Shown: positions 9,534 through 19,776, counted from the first letter of the stretch. The stretch: DNA of 64,000 nucleotides from an uncultured bacterium (GCA_963722655.1 CAVRNT010000001.1:98612-162611); one strand, 5' to 3'. Numbers and translations are program-made. The notes: generated by a model from the sequence alone, not told the origin.

Positions 9534-10937
9534 TTAATTTTGACAACCCTGGCCATCCGTCGGGTGCTTTCCTCCACTGCACAGCTCCACGTGCAAATTA
9601 CTGCCCGTTGTGGTTTCAAAAGTGGATCCGCCGCACTGGCTGTATTCATTAAGGACGCCTAAACCCTGATTGAAGAAACTTTGCATGACGTTATTGAGGT
9701 AACCGCAATCAAGCGGCGTTTTCGTTAAAACAACATCAGCGCAGGTTCCGATGTTGTGGCAGAGGGAAGCATGAACGACGGTCGGCGGCCAGGCCTCACT
9801 GATTTGCCAGCCGTTATACGGAGACCTGTAAGCTGCTTGCATTTTTATGACTAAACCAGAATTTAACAAACAAAGGCTATCATTGCATGCTCTAAGAGGT
9901 CCCTTGTTCGGCAATCCAGTGCTGGATAGATCCAAACATTGCAGGGCAGAGCAACCGCATTGGCTGTATATCGGATTACAGAAAGCCTTTGGGTCAGAGG
10001 ACGGAGCAATAGCACCCATGGATTGGTTGTGGGGGTAGCAGAGTTCCAGGGACGGGTTTAATCCAATCATACTCGTGCCCGAACTATTCATTTCCTGATA
10101 AGCGTAGATTAAACATCTCGCTCCAACAGCGACAGCACCGCTCGTCGTGGCCGACCCCGGGAAATAGGGGTACTGCCAAATTTCAGATCCGGGATTGATA
10201 ACCACGGTTCCCGACTTGAAATTGAGTAAGTTTACGATATTACCAAGTCCCAAGCTATAGTAATCTTTGTCACTGGTAAGGGTGAGCGTCGAACGCGTAT
10301 AAAATACTCGATTTTGGCAATTCGCCGTGGCCGGGTCGTCTGCACTAGATCCGGAATCGTAGTTACCACCCCCCAGGTAAGTGGTGGGATTGGCCATGCT
10401 GGCATAAGTGGCGTCGGCTGAGAGTGTAGAAGAGTTGTTGGGGTCGGCAGTTTGTGCGTTGAGGGGGATACATTCCGTGATTGGGACAGACACGCCGGAG
10501 CTTGTCGCGACTTGATTGAACCCCACTCCAGGGAGGGTGAGGGTAGTGATTTGCGGGTTGATGGTGTTCAGGATCAAGTAAGAGGCGAGGAGCAACGCCA
10601 CACCGTAGATGGCGGAAAGGATGATATCCCGTGCATCCTCCTGCCCTCCGGCGTTCCCGGCGGAGATCGTGTATTTGACCCCGCCGTAGACGATCATTAG
10701 AAGCGCTAGAATGCCGGAGAGGCCAAGGGCGATTTGGTAGAACGAGTTCAAAAATGTGCCGATGGGATTTGAAGAAGAAGCTGCGTCGGATAATTGTACG
10801 CAATTGCCGAAGCTAGAAGGACACGGGAAATTGAGATTCACGAGCTGGCTGTTGGGTCCGGCGTGGACGAAAGCCACGGGTATAACGAGCGTTAGTACGG
10901 CCAGTGAGCCTATCGCCATTATCTTGTATTTATTCAT
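9534..10937 (-). CDS. Pilin-like (VirB2/TrbC-type) N-terminal domain fused to large Cys-rich extracellular domain
   Basis: 467 aa. Signal peptide, then helix-AGNAGGQEDARD-helix (LGLSGILALLMIVYGGVKYTISAGNAGGQEDARDIILSAIYGVALLLASYLILNTI), the same architecture as the pilin paralogs at 31.5-33.1 kb. The C-terminal ~330 aa carry many Cys. Confidence 0.5.
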   Translation of the reverse strand: MNKYKIMAIGSLAVLTLVIPVAFVHAGPNSQLVNLNFPCPSSFGNCVQLSDAASSSNPIGTFLNSFYQIALGLSGILALLMIVYGGVKYTISAGNAGGQEDARDIILSAIYGVALLLASYLILNTINPQITTLTLPGVGFNQVATSSGVSVPITECIPLNAQTADPNNSSTLSADATYASMANPTTYLGGGNYDSGSSADDPATANCQNRVFYTRSTLTLTSDKDYYSLGLGNIVNLLNFKSGTVVINPGSEIWQYPYFPGSATTSGAVAVGARCLIYAYQEMNSSGTSMIGLNPSLELCYPHNQSMGAIAPSSDPKAFCNPIYSQCGCSALQCLDLSSTGLPNKGPLRACNDSLCLLNSGLVIKMQAAYRSPYNGWQISEAWPPTVVHASLCHNIGTCADVVLTKTPLDCGYLNNVMQSFFNQGLGVLNEYSQCGGSTFETTTGSNLHVELCSGGKHPTDGQGCQN

Positions 10938-10944
10938 ATGCCGT

Positions 10945-11646
10945 TTATTGGATATTGAAAATGCTTATCGTTTTGCTGAACTCCAGCGGATTTGCCGTGT
11001 TCTGCGTCGTGAGCGTCACCGGCAGCATCTGCTGGCTGGGCGATTGGGGCGAACCGATCTGAAGCGTGAGCTGGTTTTGGTTGCTCGTCGTGTTTTGGCC
11101 GTTCGTCTGCCAGGTAAACTGCAGCTGATCCAGGGAATCGACGTTGAAGAAATAAGGCCAAGCCGTCAGGGTGACCGTCCCGCCTGCGGGAACGGTCTTG
11201 CCGATTGAAGGATAATCGATGATCGCGAATGGCGCCGAGGCGAGGATGGAAACGGCGTTTTGGAATTGGGCGCCACCCGCCGCTTGGACTTGGACGCGGA
11301 CGGTGATGAGTCCGGACGGGTCGGGGTTGGCCGTGAAGGAGATGCTCTTTAGCCCCGTGCCGCTCTGGACCAGCTGGTCGTTCACGAACCAGCCGATTTG
11401 GGCGCCGCTCAAGTTGATGAGCTTGTTCCCGGCGATCTCCTCGACCGCAGCCATCACCTGCGTCCCGGGCGTGATCATCGCCTTTCCCGGAAAGTCGGCC
11501 GGGAAGTAATTATTGGCCTCCCAGGTGATGACGAGCGGATTGATCGTTTGAGCGTTGGCCGGCCCGACGGAAGCGCCGAAGAGCAGTGTCGCGGTGAGAG
11601 CCCCTAAAAAGGCGCACAGAATTATTTTTTGGAAAATATTTTTCAT
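10945..11646 (-). CDS. Secreted hypothetical protein
   Basis: 233 aa with signal peptide (MKNIFQKIILCAFLGALTATLLFGASVGPANA). Confidence 0.4.
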   Translation of the reverse strand: MKNIFQKIILCAFLGALTATLLFGASVGPANAQTINPLVITWEANNYFPADFPGKAMITPGTQVMAAVEEIAGNKLINLSGAQIGWFVNDQLVQSGTGLKSISFTANPDPSGLITVRVQVQAAGGAQFQNAVSILASAPFAIIDYPSIGKTVPAGGTVTLTAWPYFFNVDSLDQLQFTWQTNGQNTTSNQNQLTLQIGSPQSPSQQMLPVTLTTQNTANPLEFSKTISIFNIQ

Positions 11647-11981
11647 TTCGTTACCGGTATTTTTGCCACGACAGCGCTGGCCGCTTTGGGGTGATTGTGA
11701 AGATAGACCTTGATGGCAAAGGTCAGAACCGGTGCGGGGATGAAGGGGATCGCGTCGCCGACGACTTGAACGAGCAGAGAAACGGGCTTACTGGCCGTCG
11801 TATCCCCCTTTTCTTTGAAGAAGAACCAGGTGCCGCCAGTGCAGGCGAAGTTGATGATTGGGGCGATCACGAGACCTATCGCCAGCCCGTCCAGTATGTC
11901 GTTCAGGGTATAAAGGCCCAAAAGGAAGATGACCCAAATCACTACTTCCGCCTCGTTGATTTTTTTGTAATCCCGCGTCAT
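11643..11981 (-). CDS. Small membrane protein
   Basis: 112 aa, 2-3 predicted TM helices; overlaps neighbours by 4 nt at both ends. Confidence 0.4.
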   Translation of the reverse strand: MTRDYKKINEAEVVIWVIFLLGLYTLNDILDGLAIGLVIAPIINFACTGGTWFFFKEKGDTTASKPVSLLVQVVGDAIPFIPAPVLTFAIKVYLHNHPKAASAVVAKIPVTK

Positions 11982-13738
11982 TTTTCTTGTAATCCTTTTA
12001 TCTCGAGCATCTGCTCCGGATTCGTCGTGATGATCTGGTCCTCGGTGTAGGAGGCGATGATTTTGATCGCAACGTGCTTCAGCCCCGCGAAGAAGAGTCC
12101 CTCGCCGACCGCGGCCTCCAAAAGGAAGGCCTTCTCGCCCTCGGTGAGGCCGAAGGCCTTGGCGACGGCCTCGATGCTCGTCGGGGACTGTTTTAATAGT
12201 AGCTGAAGCGATGAGTTGGAGATGATCGGCGCGCCGTATTCCGACTTAATGAAGTCGTCCACGTCCTGGGTGATGGTCGTGACGCCGAGGAAGTACTTGC
12301 GGGCGCGCTTCACGAGCCCGAAGAGGAAGGAAGCACTGTCCTTGTATTTCATCATCCACCAGGCCTCGTCGATCACGAGCATCCGCTGTTTCAAAGACGA
12401 CCGGATGAGGTTCCAGACGAAGTTCAATACGATGTACATCGCGATCGGCCGGAGCTCTTCCTCGAGATCGCGGATTGAGAAGACGATGAGGCGGTTCTTG
12501 ATATCCACGTTCGTTGGGGCGTTCGTGAAGCCGGAGTAGGAGCCGTTCACGTATTTATCCAAACGCGCCGCCATTCCCCGGCCGCCCTCGCTGCTTTGGA
12601 GGACGGTCTGAAGATCGCCGAGGAGGGGCGGATTCAGTTCTTTGAGCGAACCGAAGTTATCGGCCGTGATGTCGCGGGAGGCGTAGGTCTCGGTGATCGC
12701 CCGGTCGAGCATCGCCTCCTCCTCCGGCGTGATCTTGCCGAGCATCAGCTTCACTAATCCGGTGAGGTTCAGGATATGCGACTTAAAGACGTCGGCCGGC
12801 TCCTCTCCCTCGGGGATGATCGGGATGTCGAACGGGTTCACGTGGCTTTCGGAAGTGAGGGAGATCTTGAAATAGCTGCCGCCGATCGCGTTCGCGAGGT
12901 TCTGGTACTCGTTCTCCGGATCGATGACGAGGACGTCCGTGCCCATCATCATCGAGCGGAGTATTTGGAGCTTGGTGGCGTAGGACTTGCCCGAACCGGA
13001 TTTGGCAAAGACAACCATATTGGCGTTCTCGAGCGAGAACCGGTCGAAGATGATGAGCCCGTTGTTATTCAAATTAATGCCGTACATCGTGCCAGTCTCA
13101 GAAGAGAGGTCCGGCGAGACGAAGGGGAAAAGCGACGAGGCCGGACCGGTGTTTAGGGGCGTCCGCAAGGCGAGTTTGTCCTCCCCGAGGGGCAGAACGG
13201 AGGTCAATCCTTCGGTTTGGCGGAAAAGCGCCGGTTTGGCGTAGACCAGCTTGCTTTCCAGGGCGTTCACGACAGTCTCCTCAAGAGTCTTGAGGTCCTC
13301 TTGGGTCGAGGCGTAGAGGGTGATGTAAACCCCGACTTCGAAAAGCCGCTCCCGCGCCTGCTGAAGGGAGTCCCGGAGGGTCTCTACGTCCTCGTGGGCG
13401 GTCTCAAGGACCGGGTCGCGGACGATGCCCTTCGCCTCCTTCTCATTCATCTCGGCCTCGATCTGGGCCACCTTCTTCCGCAGGTTCCGAAGGGCGAGCG
13501 CCGTGTCCATCGGATGCATGAAGATCGAGATGTCGATCATCGCTGGCAAATTTATAATGGACGAGAACCAACCGCTCGTGACGAATCGCGGATAGGTGAA
13601 GATGAAGATTGTCTTCGTGAAGTAATCGCCGATCTTCAAATAGTTGCTCCCCACCTCTAATCCGGCGGGGGCGATGATGTTCGGCAGGTCCTCTTCGCCC
13701 GGCTTGTAGGCCTTGGGTATTTTGATCTCGTCGCTCAT
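11978..13738 (-). CDS. VirB4/TrbE/CagE-family type IV secretion ATPase (C-terminal ATPase part)
   Basis: 586 aa. Walker A VVFAKSGSGKSYATK, Walker B LVIDEAWWMM and VirB4-like overall organisation. Confidence 0.75.
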   Translation of the reverse strand: MSDEIKIPKAYKPGEEDLPNIIAPAGLEVGSNYLKIGDYFTKTIFIFTYPRFVTSGWFSSIINLPAMIDISIFMHPMDTALALRNLRKKVAQIEAEMNEKEAKGIVRDPVLETAHEDVETLRDSLQQARERLFEVGVYITLYASTQEDLKTLEETVVNALESKLVYAKPALFRQTEGLTSVLPLGEDKLALRTPLNTGPASSLFPFVSPDLSSETGTMYGINLNNNGLIIFDRFSLENANMVVFAKSGSGKSYATKLQILRSMMMGTDVLVIDPENEYQNLANAIGGSYFKISLTSESHVNPFDIPIIPEGEEPADVFKSHILNLTGLVKLMLGKITPEEEAMLDRAITETYASRDITADNFGSLKELNPPLLGDLQTVLQSSEGGRGMAARLDKYVNGSYSGFTNAPTNVDIKNRLIVFSIRDLEEELRPIAMYIVLNFVWNLIRSSLKQRMLVIDEAWWMMKYKDSASFLFGLVKRARKYFLGVTTITQDVDDFIKSEYGAPIISNSSLQLLLKQSPTSIEAVAKAFGLTEGEKAFLLEAAVGEGLFFAGLKHVAIKIIASYTEDQIITTNPEQMLEIKGLQEK

Positions 13739-14385
13739 TGGGTTATCACCTCTTTCTTTTCGACCAGCTGCGGGTTGTAGAGATTGTAGAAAAGTTCCAC
13801 GAGGTCATCGTCCTCCAAAGGCACTGCCCGGAGGCCGATCTGATTCAAGCCGGTGATGACCTGCTCGGTGCGGCGGCGGAGCTGTTCCAAGTTCTCTTGG
13901 AGCGAGGCCTCTTCCGCGGCCTTCGCGGCCGATTTACCTCCCGAAAAGAGCGAGAGCAGCCCCTTGGAGCCGCCGCCGGGGACGACCACCGGGTCGTAAG
14001 GCACAACGGCGAAGAAAGTCTTCGTAATAATGGCGTTCTGTTCAACGAAGTTCCGGATGAAGTTGACATACTCGTCAATCTGGATCTTCAAGAGCTCGTT
14101 CGTTTCCTCGGCCTTGCGCGCCTCCATCAGCTTCAGGTATTTTTCCACGTTCACCTTCCGCGAGTGGATGAAGAACTGAACGGCGAAATCCAGTGCGTTC
14201 AGGAAATTTTGGAAGCCGCCGAGGATAAGGTTCTGCTCCTCCTCGGATTTGAGCTCGAAGTTGACCCCGCCGACGATGAGGACCTGCCGGAGGGATTTGT
14301 TCTTGAGGTAGACGACGCCGTCCTTGATGGATTTCACCTCCACGAACTCCTGCGACGGTTTGGTTGGCTGTTGTTTCTCCGCCAT
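13735..14385 (-). CDS. VirB4 N-terminal-domain-like protein (split VirB4?)
   Basis: 216 aa. VEVKSIKDGVVYLKNKSLRQVLIVGGVNFELKSEEEQNLILGGFQNFLNALDFAVQFFIH resembles the VirB4/TraC N-domain. Overlaps the ATPase ORF by 4 nt; 216 + 586 aa is about full-length VirB4. Confidence 0.45.
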   Translation of the reverse strand: MAEKQQPTKPSQEFVEVKSIKDGVVYLKNKSLRQVLIVGGVNFELKSEEEQNLILGGFQNFLNALDFAVQFFIHSRKVNVEKYLKLMEARKAEETNELLKIQIDEYVNFIRNFVEQNAIITKTFFAVVPYDPVVVPGGGSKGLLSLFSGGKSAAKAAEEASLQENLEQLRRRTEQVITGLNQIGLRAVPLEDDDLVELFYNLYNPQLVEKKEVITQ

Positions 14386-14399
14386 TTTATCTTATTTTA

Positions 14400-14891
14400 T
14401 CAGTAATCTATCCTTTTTGCTTGCTTGCGCTCGCCCGTGAGATAGACGACCGTCTCGTATCCCTGCTCCTCGCCCTTTTGCGCCTTCAGCGCAAAGAACT
14501 TACCGGTCGTGATGTTCAAAGCGACGTTCTTGAGCCGTTCCTCCAGGCCCATCTTGTGCCGGAGGTTCTCGATGTCCGTCAACTTGTTCAGGTCGATCGT
14601 GGTCGTCGGGTTGATCCTTTGCCAGGTGTAGACCCGGGGTTGCCAGAAATAAGTGAGTGCCGAGGTAACAATCTTCGGGAACTCCTGGCCGTTGATCTTC
14701 AAAAAAGCGAAAGCGAGGCCGATCATGCCGACGATCACCGTCACAATGACGGCGAAGAAGAGATTGAAGATTTGGAAGGAGATGTAGCCCAGAAGGGCCG
14801 CCCCGCCCACGTAGAAGAACTGTTGGAGAGTGAGGAAGCCGACGATCTTCGGCTTCTGTTCTATGAATTGTGGAATTTGGAAATTAGCCAT
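14400..14891 (-). CDS. Small two-TM membrane protein, VirB3-like candidate
   Basis: 163 aa with two hydrophobic helices (FFYVGGAALLGYISFQIFNLFFAVIVTVIVGMIGLAFAFL); sits directly upstream of the VirB4 parts. Confidence 0.35.
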   Translation of the reverse strand: MANFQIPQFIEQKPKIVGFLTLQQFFYVGGAALLGYISFQIFNLFFAVIVTVIVGMIGLAFAFLKINGQEFPKIVTSALTYFWQPRVYTWQRINPTTTIDLNKLTDIENLRHKMGLEERLKNVALNITTGKFFALKAQKGEEQGYETVVYLTGERKQAKRIDY

Positions 14892-16305
14892 TGCTCAAGT
14901 CGACGGTGTTGCCTTCGATTTTCGGCTCCGGCTTTTTGATGGCGCCGAGTATCGCCGGCGTTGCCACCCCCGCGGGAGACGTTTGTGGATCGGAGGACGC
15001 GACCATCGGCTTCACCGCGGTCGGCGCCGCGAACGTCTTTTCCGGCATGTTCTCCGCCTTAGGTTTGATGGTCATGGCCGGCTTTCCCATCGTTTCGGAG
15101 AGCGTTCCTGCGGCCGCCGGTATCGGCATTTCTTCCGGAAGCGGTTTTACCTCACCAACGTTCAGAAAAGCTGGTTCCTCCAAGGCACCGAGGGGCGTGC
15201 GGGTCTCGCTATAATGTACGACCCGTTTCTCTTCCGATTTGATCCCCGGTATCTCCAATTTCGCGAAGGCCGACCTCGGTTCCCCGGTCGCCGGTCTCTT
15301 CTTGAGGAAGAATCCACCGAGGGGCGCGGTAACGCTCCGGAAGACGGACTTCTGGGAAGCGATGTTCCCCTCCGGCACAATCTCTTCGTGGAGAATGAAC
15401 GGCGTCTCCGTTTTTTGTTCCTTGAGCGTGACGGACGACGTTTCTACTGGGATCGATTCTTCTTCCTCGGCACCGCCGATGTTCTCCAAAGAAACTACTC
15501 TTTCAGCCGTCGGCTTTATTTCACCCATAGGTTCATAGATGGAACTAATTGAACCGGTCAGACCACCGACGATGCCGGCTTCGATATCGGATGCTATTTC
15601 ATCGCATATCCTTTGGTCGATGCCAAGTTTCTCTTGCAAGGTCTTAAGCAGGTCGTCGGGGTGAACGAAACCTAAGATCACTTGCCCTACCACTGCTGCC
15701 ACTTGACTGGTTTTGTCATCGCTCAGATGGTGGTTAATGCACGTTCTATATGTGGTTTCCGCTCCCTCGTACGAATACATCGCGCGCCGGAGGTTGTCCG
15801 GAATAAAACGGTACCTTTTGAGGGTTTTCTCGAGATTGCTGTCACCGAGGGATTTCGGGTAAAGTCCGATATCCTGGCCGGGTGCCGCGATGACGAAATT
15901 GTAAATTGACTGTCTTTGCGTTTTGAGCCACCCCAACTTGCTGTTGTCCGTTTGACCGGGAATAGATCGCCAGAAAAGCCTTTCGAACCTGTCTTGGGAA
16001 TCCGGCGACAGGTTTTGTAGCACGATGCTAAATGCCTTGCCGTTCGCGCTGTTCAGAACCGCTCGCACGAGCGCCGGCTGGGCGTTCTTCGTCCAATCAT
16101 CATCACTTAGATCGCCCAAGACCATTGGGAGGCCGGAGAAAACGCCCTCCCAATAGACCGCTTCCCAATCCTCTAATGAAAAACCGCTTAGCAAACTCTC
16201 CAAGCCCCGCTCGGCTGCTGTAAACTGTTTCTTTTGGAGTGGTGCCCAAATAGACTCGTCCCAAGTCGGGAGCACACTCAATATTGTTTGAATATCTTCT
16301 TCCAT
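14884..16305 (-). CDS. Hypothetical protein of T4SS-like operon
   Basis: 473 aa with a Pro/Ala/Glu-rich C-terminal half; no recognised motifs. Confidence 0.4.
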   Translation of the reverse strand: MEEDIQTILSVLPTWDESIWAPLQKKQFTAAERGLESLLSGFSLEDWEAVYWEGVFSGLPMVLGDLSDDDWTKNAQPALVRAVLNSANGKAFSIVLQNLSPDSQDRFERLFWRSIPGQTDNSKLGWLKTQRQSIYNFVIAAPGQDIGLYPKSLGDSNLEKTLKRYRFIPDNLRRAMYSYEGAETTYRTCINHHLSDDKTSQVAAVVGQVILGFVHPDDLLKTLQEKLGIDQRICDEIASDIEAGIVGGLTGSISSIYEPMGEIKPTAERVVSLENIGGAEEEESIPVETSSVTLKEQKTETPFILHEEIVPEGNIASQKSVFRSVTAPLGGFFLKKRPATGEPRSAFAKLEIPGIKSEEKRVVHYSETRTPLGALEEPAFLNVGEVKPLPEEMPIPAAAGTLSETMGKPAMTIKPKAENMPEKTFAAPTAVKPMVASSDPQTSPAGVATPAILGAIKKPEPKIEGNTVDLSNG

Positions 16306-16310
16306 AACCG

Positions 16311-18167
16311 TTATTTTTTACCGCCACCCCCTCTGCCACCGCTGGGTGGTTTCGGTGCGCCGCCTTCCTTTTCTTCCCCCCCATCCTCTTCGTTGATCGC
16401 TTTTATCGCCTCCTCGACCTTCTCCGTTTTGCCTGGCGTGGCGAGGTATTCTTTACCGACCTGACCATAAGCCTTGCCAAGTTTTGTATTCTTGAGTTCA
16501 AAGCCGGCATCTTCGAATGTTTTTCGAGCACTCTTTGGTAATTGAGCCATAATATCTTCCATTGCCGCCGCCGCCTTTAGCGCATCATCGACGTTTTTAT
16601 CGATTTTAACCTTGTTCGCCTTCGCCGCAGCCAGCTCTCTCTCTGCGGCGCTAATTTCCTTAATATCTTTGCCTCGCTCGGCGATCCTAAGATTTTTTTG
16701 GGCAGTATCCACGGCATCGCCCGCATCTTCTTGATTTTTAAGTAGGGGATCTACTGCATCTTTCCGTTTCTTCTTCTCCTTCAGAAGGTCGGAAGCAATA
16801 GCCACACGCTCAGCATTGTTGGCATGAGCGTATCGCTGTGCCTTATCTTTTAGATTCTTCGGCAGTTTTTTGGTGGCATCCGCTATTTGTTTTTCAACTT
16901 TGGCTCGCTGCTCGGCCAAAGCATTGCCGGCTAAACGCACCTGTCCGGTGATCGGGGCAGCGATCGGTTTGAGCCACGACGGAAGATTTTGGCCGAATTT
17001 CTGCATTCCGCCGACAATATTGCGGCCCGCCTGAGTGCGGAGAGGTGCCGTCGCCATTCTGGCCGATGCTTTCCCGGCCCATCCCCTAACTTGTTTGCCT
17101 GTGCTTTTAGCGATATTAATCGCCCCCGCCGCGCCCGCGATGCCCATGCTCTTCGCGGCGATGAGTCCGCCGAGAAGGATACCGGCGAGGACCACCATCT
17201 GGGCGCCCTGGCTGAAGGTCGTCTCGAGGACCGAGCCGACGGAGCCACCCGTTGAGATCTGGGCGGAGCCCAAAAATTGGGCGCCGGTCAGGGCCACGTA
17301 GATGAAAAACGAGACGGCCGGAGCGAAGAAGACCCAGTCCAAGAACTTGCTCCACCATTCGTTGAAGAGCTTATTGAGCGGCGGAAAGACCCAGAAGAGC
17401 CAGACTAGAGGCGCGACGATGAGAAGGAAAGAAAGATACACGTAGCGGATGAGGAGCATTAAGGCGAGTGCGATCATCACGAGTGCAGCGATGGCGGTAA
17501 AGGCCGTCGTGAAGATCAGCCCCGCGATGCTCGTGAGGGCCGCCGCCGTCACCCCGCCCGCGGCGCTACCCTGATCCGCCGGGTTCGGCGGTTCCGGGTT
17601 TTCCGGCGGGAGAAGGAGCTTCTGCGGCGCGAAAGCGTTGTCGATCGCCGAGACCATATCGCCACTCATCTTGCCGTTAAGAAAAACGTTCGTGAGGGAG
17701 TTCGAGAAGGTGATGAAGATGCCGGCGATGGTCAAGCTGAAGTTGACGATGATCGCGGCGCCGATGAGCTTCGGCAATAAGCTCTTGGCGCTGAATCTCT
17801 CGTAGCGGACGATGGTTGCGACCGCGACGATGATCATCATGAGGACGAAGCCAAGGTTCGCCACGTCGCGGGCGATCGTCCAGCCGACGCCGACGAGCGC
17901 GTTGTTCTGGTTCAAAATGTCAGCGTTCAAGTGCATCATCAAGTTCACCAAGAAGCCGCCGAGGATGAAGAGCAGTCCGAAGACGAAGTTCAGGATGAAG
18001 GCCAGGATGCGGAAGACCATCGTGGCGACGCCGGCCGGGCTGAGGTCGAGGAGGCCGAAAAGCGCCGCGTGGGTCGTCTGCGGCATCACCAAAAGCGGTA
18101 GGGCGATCAGGGCGCCGATCAGGGCAATCTTCAAAATTCTTGTCACTTGTTGCTTATTTCCTGTCAC
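16311..18167 (-). CDS. Polytopic membrane protein, VirB6/TrbL-like, with C-terminal Lys-rich coiled-coil tail
   Basis: 618 aa; the first ~330 aa have at least 6 TM helices; the C-terminus is charged coiled-coil ending GGRGGGGKK. Confidence 0.5.
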   Translation of the reverse strand: MTGNKQQVTRILKIALIGALIALPLLVMPQTTHAALFGLLDLSPAGVATMVFRILAFILNFVFGLLFILGGFLVNLMMHLNADILNQNNALVGVGWTIARDVANLGFVLMMIIVAVATIVRYERFSAKSLLPKLIGAAIIVNFSLTIAGIFITFSNSLTNVFLNGKMSGDMVSAIDNAFAPQKLLLPPENPEPPNPADQGSAAGGVTAAALTSIAGLIFTTAFTAIAALVMIALALMLLIRYVYLSFLLIVAPLVWLFWVFPPLNKLFNEWWSKFLDWVFFAPAVSFFIYVALTGAQFLGSAQISTGGSVGSVLETTFSQGAQMVVLAGILLGGLIAAKSMGIAGAAGAINIAKSTGKQVRGWAGKASARMATAPLRTQAGRNIVGGMQKFGQNLPSWLKPIAAPITGQVRLAGNALAEQRAKVEKQIADATKKLPKNLKDKAQRYAHANNAERVAIASDLLKEKKKRKDAVDPLLKNQEDAGDAVDTAQKNLRIAERGKDIKEISAAERELAAAKANKVKIDKNVDDALKAAAAMEDIMAQLPKSARKTFEDAGFELKNTKLGKAYGQVGKEYLATPGKTEKVEEAIKAINEEDGGEEKEGGAPKPPSGGRGGGGKK

Positions 18168-18180
18168 TTGTTTAATTTAC

Positions 18181-19776
18181 CTATCTGTTGGCTTCGCACT
18201 GCTGTTGTTTGTTTTGGGCCGCCGCAAGGGTTATTTGAATGCCAGAGAGCATAATCTGGACGTTGCTATCTAAGTTGGCCGCAGTCATTGTGAGGTTGGC
18301 GACATTGCTAGAATCAACGCTATTTAGCGTACTGGACGTGACATTCGGGTCACCGATGATGCCAATCAGCGTGTTGACCGAAACCGTTGAAGAAGTAACC
18401 TGAACCGCCGCTTGTTGTAACGCGGCGGGCGTCGAACTCACGGCGATCGTCAGATTCTCCTGAGCCCAGCCGTAGTCGGGGTTGACGGGATTAGTGCCCA
18501 AGCAACCAATGAGCCCGGTAATTGGCCCGCCCAACGTCGTTATTAGGGTTTGATTGGTGCTAGAAGCGGTCGCGAGCGTCGTTGATGCGTCGGCGAGCGA
18601 ACTTGCGGCCTGGTTCAGTTGGGTCATGTACTGGCTCTGGAGCGCCGTGTTTATGGTATTAGTGTAGTTATTTGCCGCTGTGATCGTCGATGTGTTATTG
18701 GTCAGTGATTCCGGAGACGGCGCGTTTGGACCGCTAGACGGCTGGCCGCCGTTCGTCGCCGAAAGGATGACCCCTTGCAGGCCCTGCACCCCCGCCTTGA
18801 TCAGTCGGTTAAAGGCGGCGTCGGCGATCATTGCGATCGCGTTCGTTATATCCGGATCGCTGATGGTGAGATCGAGGTTAGCGTACAGCGATTTATTCAA
18901 GCCCTCTGCGAGAGCGGCGCCCGGCGTGGAGATCTTAAGATCGGCGCACTTCCACTGAAGTGTCGTTGGGTCCACGCCCGGCGCGACCAATGCTGGATCG
19001 AGGAAGTTCGGGGTGCCGCTGATGGGCGACGGCGGATTGTCCTGATCGGTGAGATTAGAAGGGGCCGGTACTGTCTGGGAGCCGACGGGCGTTCCACCTT
19101 GGATCTTGATGAGCCGCCAGCTGACGCATGACTGTGATTGGAACCCGACGTTCACTTGGGTTTGGAGGACGTTCTGAGCCGTAACCTGCTGAGCGTTGTT
19201 GTAAAGGGTGTCTTGGGTGATGATGTCTACGCCGTACTGGTTGTTCTGCGGCGCAAGGAGTTCGTAGTAGCCGATGACGCCGCCGGCGTCGAACCTGTTC
19301 CAGAAATCGTTGAAATTCGCGACGATGGAATTGAGCGTGCAGGAGCTCGGCTGGACCTGCGGGCTGGGGGCGGTTAGCTCCAGATTGACCTTGAAGCTGA
19401 ACGGGGAACAAAGGGTCGGCAGGATCGCCTGGGCCGTGTCCCCGACCGCTTGGTTCAGCGCTGGCTGGAAGACCCCTTGGCCGAAATTCTGGATGAACTT
19501 CGGGCTGCCGCCGCCGTTTATCCAGGTGATTATCTGATCGGTCATCGTGTCGATAATCCGCTTTTTAAGTGCGGACAAGGCAACTTTCAAGAGATTATCT
19601 TGCACCCATTGCCACACGCTTTGCGTTTTAGCCGCAGTGGTTATGTTTTGTAATGTTGGGTCGGAAACCAACATCACTCCAGCTACTTGAGCTTTTGCTG
19701 TTGGCGTAAAAAAACCGGGAGCCGAAATAACAGTAACAATGCCAAAAATTAAAACTGCGGTAAGAAATTTTTTCAT
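18181..19776 (-). CDS. Secreted Thr/Ser/Asn-rich hypothetical protein
   Basis: 531 aa with signal peptide (MKKFLTAVLIFGIVTVISAPGFFTPTAKA) and low-complexity T/S/N/Q-rich regions. Confidence 0.4.
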   Translation of the reverse strand: MKKFLTAVLIFGIVTVISAPGFFTPTAKAQVAGVMLVSDPTLQNITTAAKTQSVWQWVQDNLLKVALSALKKRIIDTMTDQIITWINGGGSPKFIQNFGQGVFQPALNQAVGDTAQAILPTLCSPFSFKVNLELTAPSPQVQPSSCTLNSIVANFNDFWNRFDAGGVIGYYELLAPQNNQYGVDIITQDTLYNNAQQVTAQNVLQTQVNVGFQSQSCVSWRLIKIQGGTPVGSQTVPAPSNLTDQDNPPSPISGTPNFLDPALVAPGVDPTTLQWKCADLKISTPGAALAEGLNKSLYANLDLTISDPDITNAIAMIADAAFNRLIKAGVQGLQGVILSATNGGQPSSGPNAPSPESLTNNTSTITAANNYTNTINTALQSQYMTQLNQAASSLADASTTLATASSTNQTLITTLGGPITGLIGCLGTNPVNPDYGWAQENLTIAVSSTPAALQQAAVQVTSSTVSVNTLIGIIGDPNVTSSTLNSVDSSNVANLTMTAANLDSNVQIMLSGIQITLAAAQNKQQQCEANR

